Assembly: GCA_963721455.1 (NCBI GenBank)
Contig: CAVRJG010000044.1
Location: forward strand, 1 to 64,000
Source of the DNA: an uncultured Methanosarcinaceae archaeon
Lineage (GTDB): Archaea > Halobacteriota > Methanosarcinia > Methanosarcinales > Methanosarcinaceae
Reading direction: 5' to 3'
Length of the DNA: 64,000 nt
Part shown: piece by piece, positions 63,892 through 64,000 of the stretch
Layout: each line of letters begins with the position of its first letter
Position numbering within the stretch: position 1 is the stretch's first letter
The notes under the pieces: generated by a model
Database searches by the model: none
Seen by the model: only the letters and a program-made list of their open reading frames with translations
What the model was told of the DNA's origin: nothing
Translations under genes and position numbers: made by a program

Positions 63892-64000
63892 GTGTTTAAC
63901 AAATTCAAAGAGAAACTTGGGAGTTTTAAAAAGGCACTCAGCAGAACTATTGACGATAAAGCAGTAGCTATCGAACCGATAGTTGAACCTGCACCTGAGG
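63892..64000 (+). CDS. ftsY: SRP receptor FtsY, N-terminus (partial)
   Basis: GTG start MFNKFKEKLGSFKKAL...; conserved position after pfdA. Confidence 0.7.
   Translation, partial: MFNKFKEKLGSFKKALSRTIDDKAVAIEPIVEPAPE

Overview
The window is two unrelated genomes joined at about 22,545. Bases 1-22.5 kb are high-GC bacterial DNA, probably Chloroflexota/Anaerolineae-like (inferred from gene content and repeat style). This half has many single-base indels. It carries murJ, a GntR-controlled ygeY / carbamoyltransferase / ygeW-like / carbamate kinase / PLP-enzyme operon (purine or ureide catabolism type), an orphan Dam methylase, an SH3-M23-hydrolase protein and several REP-like repeats. Bases 22.5-64 kb are low-GC Methanosarcina-type archaeal DNA: hypF, the A1Ao ATP synthase operon, a polyprenyl synthase, a decayed ccmE, three tRNAs, PAN, purA and the rps19e-rpl39e-rpl31e-eIF6-rplX-pfdA-ftsY cluster. 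The main discovery is an IS/MITE-rich island at about 44.5-55.2 kb next to tRNA-Glu. It encodes a PatA/PatG-type (cyanobactin-like) subtilisin protease followed by nine short precursor-peptide genes plus one remnant. The precursors share an MKLPKQAKPVMR leader and a G-I-x-P-S-like junction, have hypervariable 4- or 6-Cys cores, and are mostly separated by a conserved ~110-bp hairpin-forming repeat. This looks like an archaeal cyanobactin-related RiPP 'library' locus. All calls are by eye from motifs and gene order; no database searches were run.
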